This document shows, one piece after another, positions 61,503 through 64,000 of a DNA stretch of 64,000 nucleotides. This DNA comes from Candidatus Hydrogenedentales bacterium (GTDB lineage Bacteria > Hydrogenedentota > Hydrogenedentia > Hydrogenedentales > JAEUWI01). Numbering within the stretch: position 1 is the first letter of the stretch; each line of letters opens with the position of its first letter. The DNA is taken from NCBI GenBank assembly GCA_041859365.1, contig JBHEKR010000341.1, positions 5,821 to 69,820 of the forward strand, written 5' to 3'. The notes below the pieces were generated by a model. It saw only the letters and a program-made list of their open reading frames with translations, searched no databases and was not told the DNA's origin. The translations under genes were made by a program, and so were the position numbers.

Positions 61503-63412
61503 TACTTGTAACTCCTCTGGGTCAGATGCACTTCTTCGAAGGTGAGGGGTTCTTTGTGCAGCGCGGGCTCTTTGTCCACGCCGTTGAACTCCCACGCTCC
61601 GACATAGCAGAACTCGTCATCGTTTCGCTGCGCTTCACCTTCGTCGGTCTGGCTTTCCTCGCGGAAGTGACCGCCACAGGATTCGCTGCGGTGGAGCGCG
61701 TCGCGCACCATGAGTTCGCCGAACTCCAGGAAGTCCGCCACGCGCCCAGCCCGCTCCAGCACCTGGTTAAAGGTCCCGGGAGAACCGGTGACGTTGACAT
61801 TCGACCAGAACTCGTCGCGCAGCCTGGGAATCTGGACAAGGGCTTCTTTCAGGCCGGCCTCGTTGCGGGCCATGCCGCACTTGTCCCACATGATAAGACC
61901 AAGCTCGCGGTGGAATTCGTCCACCGTCTTCTTGCCTTTGGAATTCACCAGCGTGTTGATGCGGGTCGTGACTTCCTCCTCCACCTTCTTCACTTCGGGG
62001 TGGTCCGCCGTAACTTTGGAGGGGCCGGCCTTCGCCAGGAAATCGCCCAGGGTGTAGGGGATGACGAAGTAACCGTCGGCGAGGCCCTGCATCAGCGCGC
62101 TCGCGCCGAGGCGGTTCGCGCCGTGGTCGGAGAAGTTGGCTTCGCCCAGCACGTGGAGACCATTCAAGTTGCTCATGAGATTGTAATCCACCCAGAGGCC
62201 GCCCATGGTGTAGTGGACCGCCGGGTAGATCATCATGGGCACCTGATAGGGGTTGTCGTCCACGATGCGTTCGTACATGTCGAAGAGGTTGCCGTACTTC
62301 TCGCGGATGACATGCTCGCCGTCGCGCTCAATCGCGTCGCGAAAGTCGAGGTAGACCGCCATGCCGGTGGAGCCGACGCCGAAGCCCTTGTCGCACCATT
62401 CCTTCGCATTGCGGGAAGCCACATCGCGGGGAACCAGGTTGCCGAAGCTGGGGTACTTCTCTTCCAGGTAGTAGTTGCGGTCTTCTTCGGGAATGTCCGC
62501 AGCCCGGCGGGTATCGCCCGCCTTGCGGGGCACCCAGATGCGACCATCGTTACGCAGGCTCTCACTCATCAGGGTGAGCTTGGACTGGAAGTCGCCGTGC
62601 ACCGGGATGCATGTGGGGTGGATCTGAGTGTAGCAGGGGTTGGCGAAGAAAGCGCCGCGCCGGTGTGCGCGCCAGGCCGCCGTTACGTTGCTGCCCATGG
62701 CGTTGGTGGACAGGTAGAAAACATTGCCGTAGCCGCCCGTCGCCAGGAGCACCGCATCGGCGGTGTAGCTCTCGATCTGGCCGGTGATGAGATTGCGAAC
62801 CACGATACCCACCGCGCGGCCATCGACCACGATCAGGTCAAGCATTTCGCGGCGCGTGTACATGTCCACATTGCCGTTGACCGTTTCCTTCATCAGCGCG
62901 CTGTAGGCCCCGAGGAGGAGCTGCTGGCCGGTCTGGCCGCGGGCGTAGAAGGTGCGGGAAACCTGCGCGCCGCCGAAGGAGCGGTTGTCGAGGTAGCCGC
63001 CGTATTCGCGGGCGAAGGGAACGCCCTGGGCCACGCACTGATCGATGATGTTGAGGCTGACTTCGGCCAGGCGGTGTACGTTGGCCTCGCGGGAGCGATA
63101 GTCGCCACCCTTCACGGTGTCATAGAAAAGGCGGTGTACACTGTCACCGTCGTTGGGGTAGTTCTTGGCGGCGTTGATACCCCCCTGGGCCGCGATGCTG
63201 TGGGCGCGGCGGGGACTGTCCTGGAAGCAGAAGGCCTTGACCTTGTAGCCCATTTCAGAGAGAGAGGCGGCGGCGGAAGCGCCGGCCAGGCCCGTGCCCA
63301 CGACGATTACGCTGTACTTGCGCTTGTTCGCGGGGTTGACCAGCTTCATATTGAACTTGTGGCGGGTCCACTTCTCCGCCATGGGACCTTCGGGAATTTT
63401 TGCGTCGAGCAT
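61502..63412 (-). CDS. sdhA: Succinate dehydrogenase / fumarate reductase flavoprotein subunit
   Basis: [46 protein letters not shown] (FAD-linking His), HYTMGGL. Confidence 0.95.
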   Translation of the reverse strand: MLDAKIPEGPMAEKWTRHKFNMKLVNPANKRKYSVIVVGTGLAGASAAASLSEMGYKVKAFCFQDSPRRAHSIAAQGGINAAKNYPNDGDSVHRLFYDTVKGGDYRSREANVHRLAEVSLNIIDQCVAQGVPFAREYGGYLDNRSFGGAQVSRTFYARGQTGQQLLLGAYSALMKETVNGNVDMYTRREMLDLIVVDGRAVGIVVRNLITGQIESYTADAVLLATGGYGNVFYLSTNAMGSNVTAAWRAHRRGAFFANPCYTQIHPTCIPVHGDFQSKLTLMSESLRNDGRIWVPRKAGDTRRAADIPEEDRNYYLEEKYPSFGNLVPRDVASRNAKEWCDKGFGVGSTGMAVYLDFRDAIERDGEHVIREKYGNLFDMYERIVDDNPYQVPMMIYPAVHYTMGGLWVDYNLMSNLNGLHVLGEANFSDHGANRLGASALMQGLADGYFVIPYTLGDFLAKAGPSKVTADHPEVKKVEEEVTTRINTLVNSKGKKTVDEFHRELGLIMWDKCGMARNEAGLKEALVQIPRLRDEFWSNVNVTGSPGTFNQVLERAGRVADFLEFGELMVRDALHRSESCGGHFREESQTDEGEAQRNDDEFCYVGAWEFNGVDKEPALHKEPLTFEEVHLTQRSYK

Positions 63413-63415
63413 GGC

Positions 63416-64000
63416 TCAGACTCCTATCACATGGGCGCGGAAGAGCACGAAAAGGGGGATGGACGAGAAACCCAGCGCCACGATCAGGCCGATGGCCTTT
63501 GCGGCGAACTCGGCCCGGTCCGTGCTCTTGTCGGCCAGGAAGCCCAGGGTAACAACCACACTCGAAATCGCGTGGCTCAAGTGAAGGCCCACGGCGCAGA
63601 CTGCAATGATGTAGAACAGGGAGCGCACGGGATTCGCGAAGGAATTGAACACGACGCCATAGAGCCCCATGCTGTCTTCGCCCATACCTTCCACAAAGGA
63701 ACGCGCGCCTTCGCGGTCGCCGGTCACGGTGAAGTCATATACATGGAAGAGTACGAAGCAGAGGATGGCGATGCCGCTGAGGGCCATGAGGCGCGTTGCG
63801 ACGGTCTTGCGACCGGCCGACTTCTCCACCTCGTAGCGCTGACCGCCACGGGCCGCCGCGTTGGCGCGGGCCAGGGATATCGCCATGCTGATATGCGCCG
63901 TGAACATGATGATCAGGCCGAGACGTGCGATCCAGACCAGCTCGCCCAGACTGTGGAGCTTCTCCGCGTAGTCGTTGAAGGCACCCGGCCCGAGGAGGAT
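63416..64000 (-). CDS. sdhC: Succinate dehydrogenase / fumarate reductase cytochrome b subunit (single large membrane subunit), 5' end beyond the window
   Basis: The frame stays open upstream of the track ATG (63907) to the window end (...FNDYAEKLHSLGELVWIARLGLII-MFTAHISMAI). Hydrophobic with heme-ligand His contexts. Operon order C-A-B. Confidence 0.8.
   Translation of the reverse strand: MLLGPGAFNDYAEKLHSLGELVWIARLGLIIMFTAHISMAISLARANAAARGGQRYEVEKSAGRKTVATRLMALSGIAILCFVLFHVYDFTVTGDREGARSFVEGMGEDSMGLYGVVFNSFANPVRSLFYIIAVCAVGLHLSHAISSVVVTLGFLADKSTDRAEFAAKAIGLIVALGFSSIPLFVLFRAHVIGV

Overview
GC-rich bacterial chromosomal window. I recognised no rRNA, tRNA, CRISPR array, transposase, integrase or phage gene. 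I support 42 protein-coding genes. The ORF track takes the longest ATG/GTG/TTG start and omits ORFs without an in-window stop, so I corrected many starts by hand and added one large gene it misses. Layout: (1) 1-4782(-), an NRPS gene (C-A-T-C-A...) running off the left edge. (2) 5.1-17.3 kb, secreted and envelope proteins: unknown secreted protein, Nramp-like transporter, PL10-like lyase, Gfo/Idh/MocA oxidoreductase, large beta-propeller, DUF1080 lipoprotein, Cys-phosphatase-like/cytochrome c' fusion, MATE pump. (3) 17.5-22.2 kb, an ammonium-transporter/PAS/GAF/histidine-kinase fusion translationally coupled to a REC-HD-GYP regulator. (4) 22.5-29.4 kb, beta-propeller glycosidase-like/esterase fusion, DsbD, two Tat-signal Gfo/Idh/MocA oxidoreductases. 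(5) 29.6-33.8 kb, a small membrane protein followed by a zinc-ribbon/TPR operon that includes a 56-codon ORF absent from the track. (6) fba and ispH. (7) 51.7 to 36.7 kb, a co-directional minus-strand string: STAS, Hanks Ser/Thr kinase, small ORF, an exact sigma54 -24/-12 promoter, a complete MoxR-DUF58-DUF4381-BatA-BatB-BatC-BatD-BatE aerotolerance-type operon, GT2 glycosyltransferase, asparagine synthase. (8) 51.9-60.5 kb, carbohydrate-active cluster: sulfatase, esterase, beta-helix protein, ELWxxDGT-repeat protein, Ser/Thr kinase with a CBM9-like ectodomain. (9) sdhCAB/frdCAB-type complex II, with sdhC running off the right edge. The gene repertoire looks like Planctomycetota/PVC or a related lineage (Tat-signal Gfo/Idh/MocA, DUF1080, sulfatase, ELWxxDGT), but taxonomy cannot be settled from this window. 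I found no clearly unprecedented multi-gene system. The best leads are the Amt-sensor kinase/HD-GYP pair with a sigma54-like promoter, the sigma54-driven Bat operon preceded by a STAS/Hanks-kinase module, a family of about 220-bp palindromic intergenic elements, several phased short-repeat arrays in intergenic DNA, and two unusual domain fusions.
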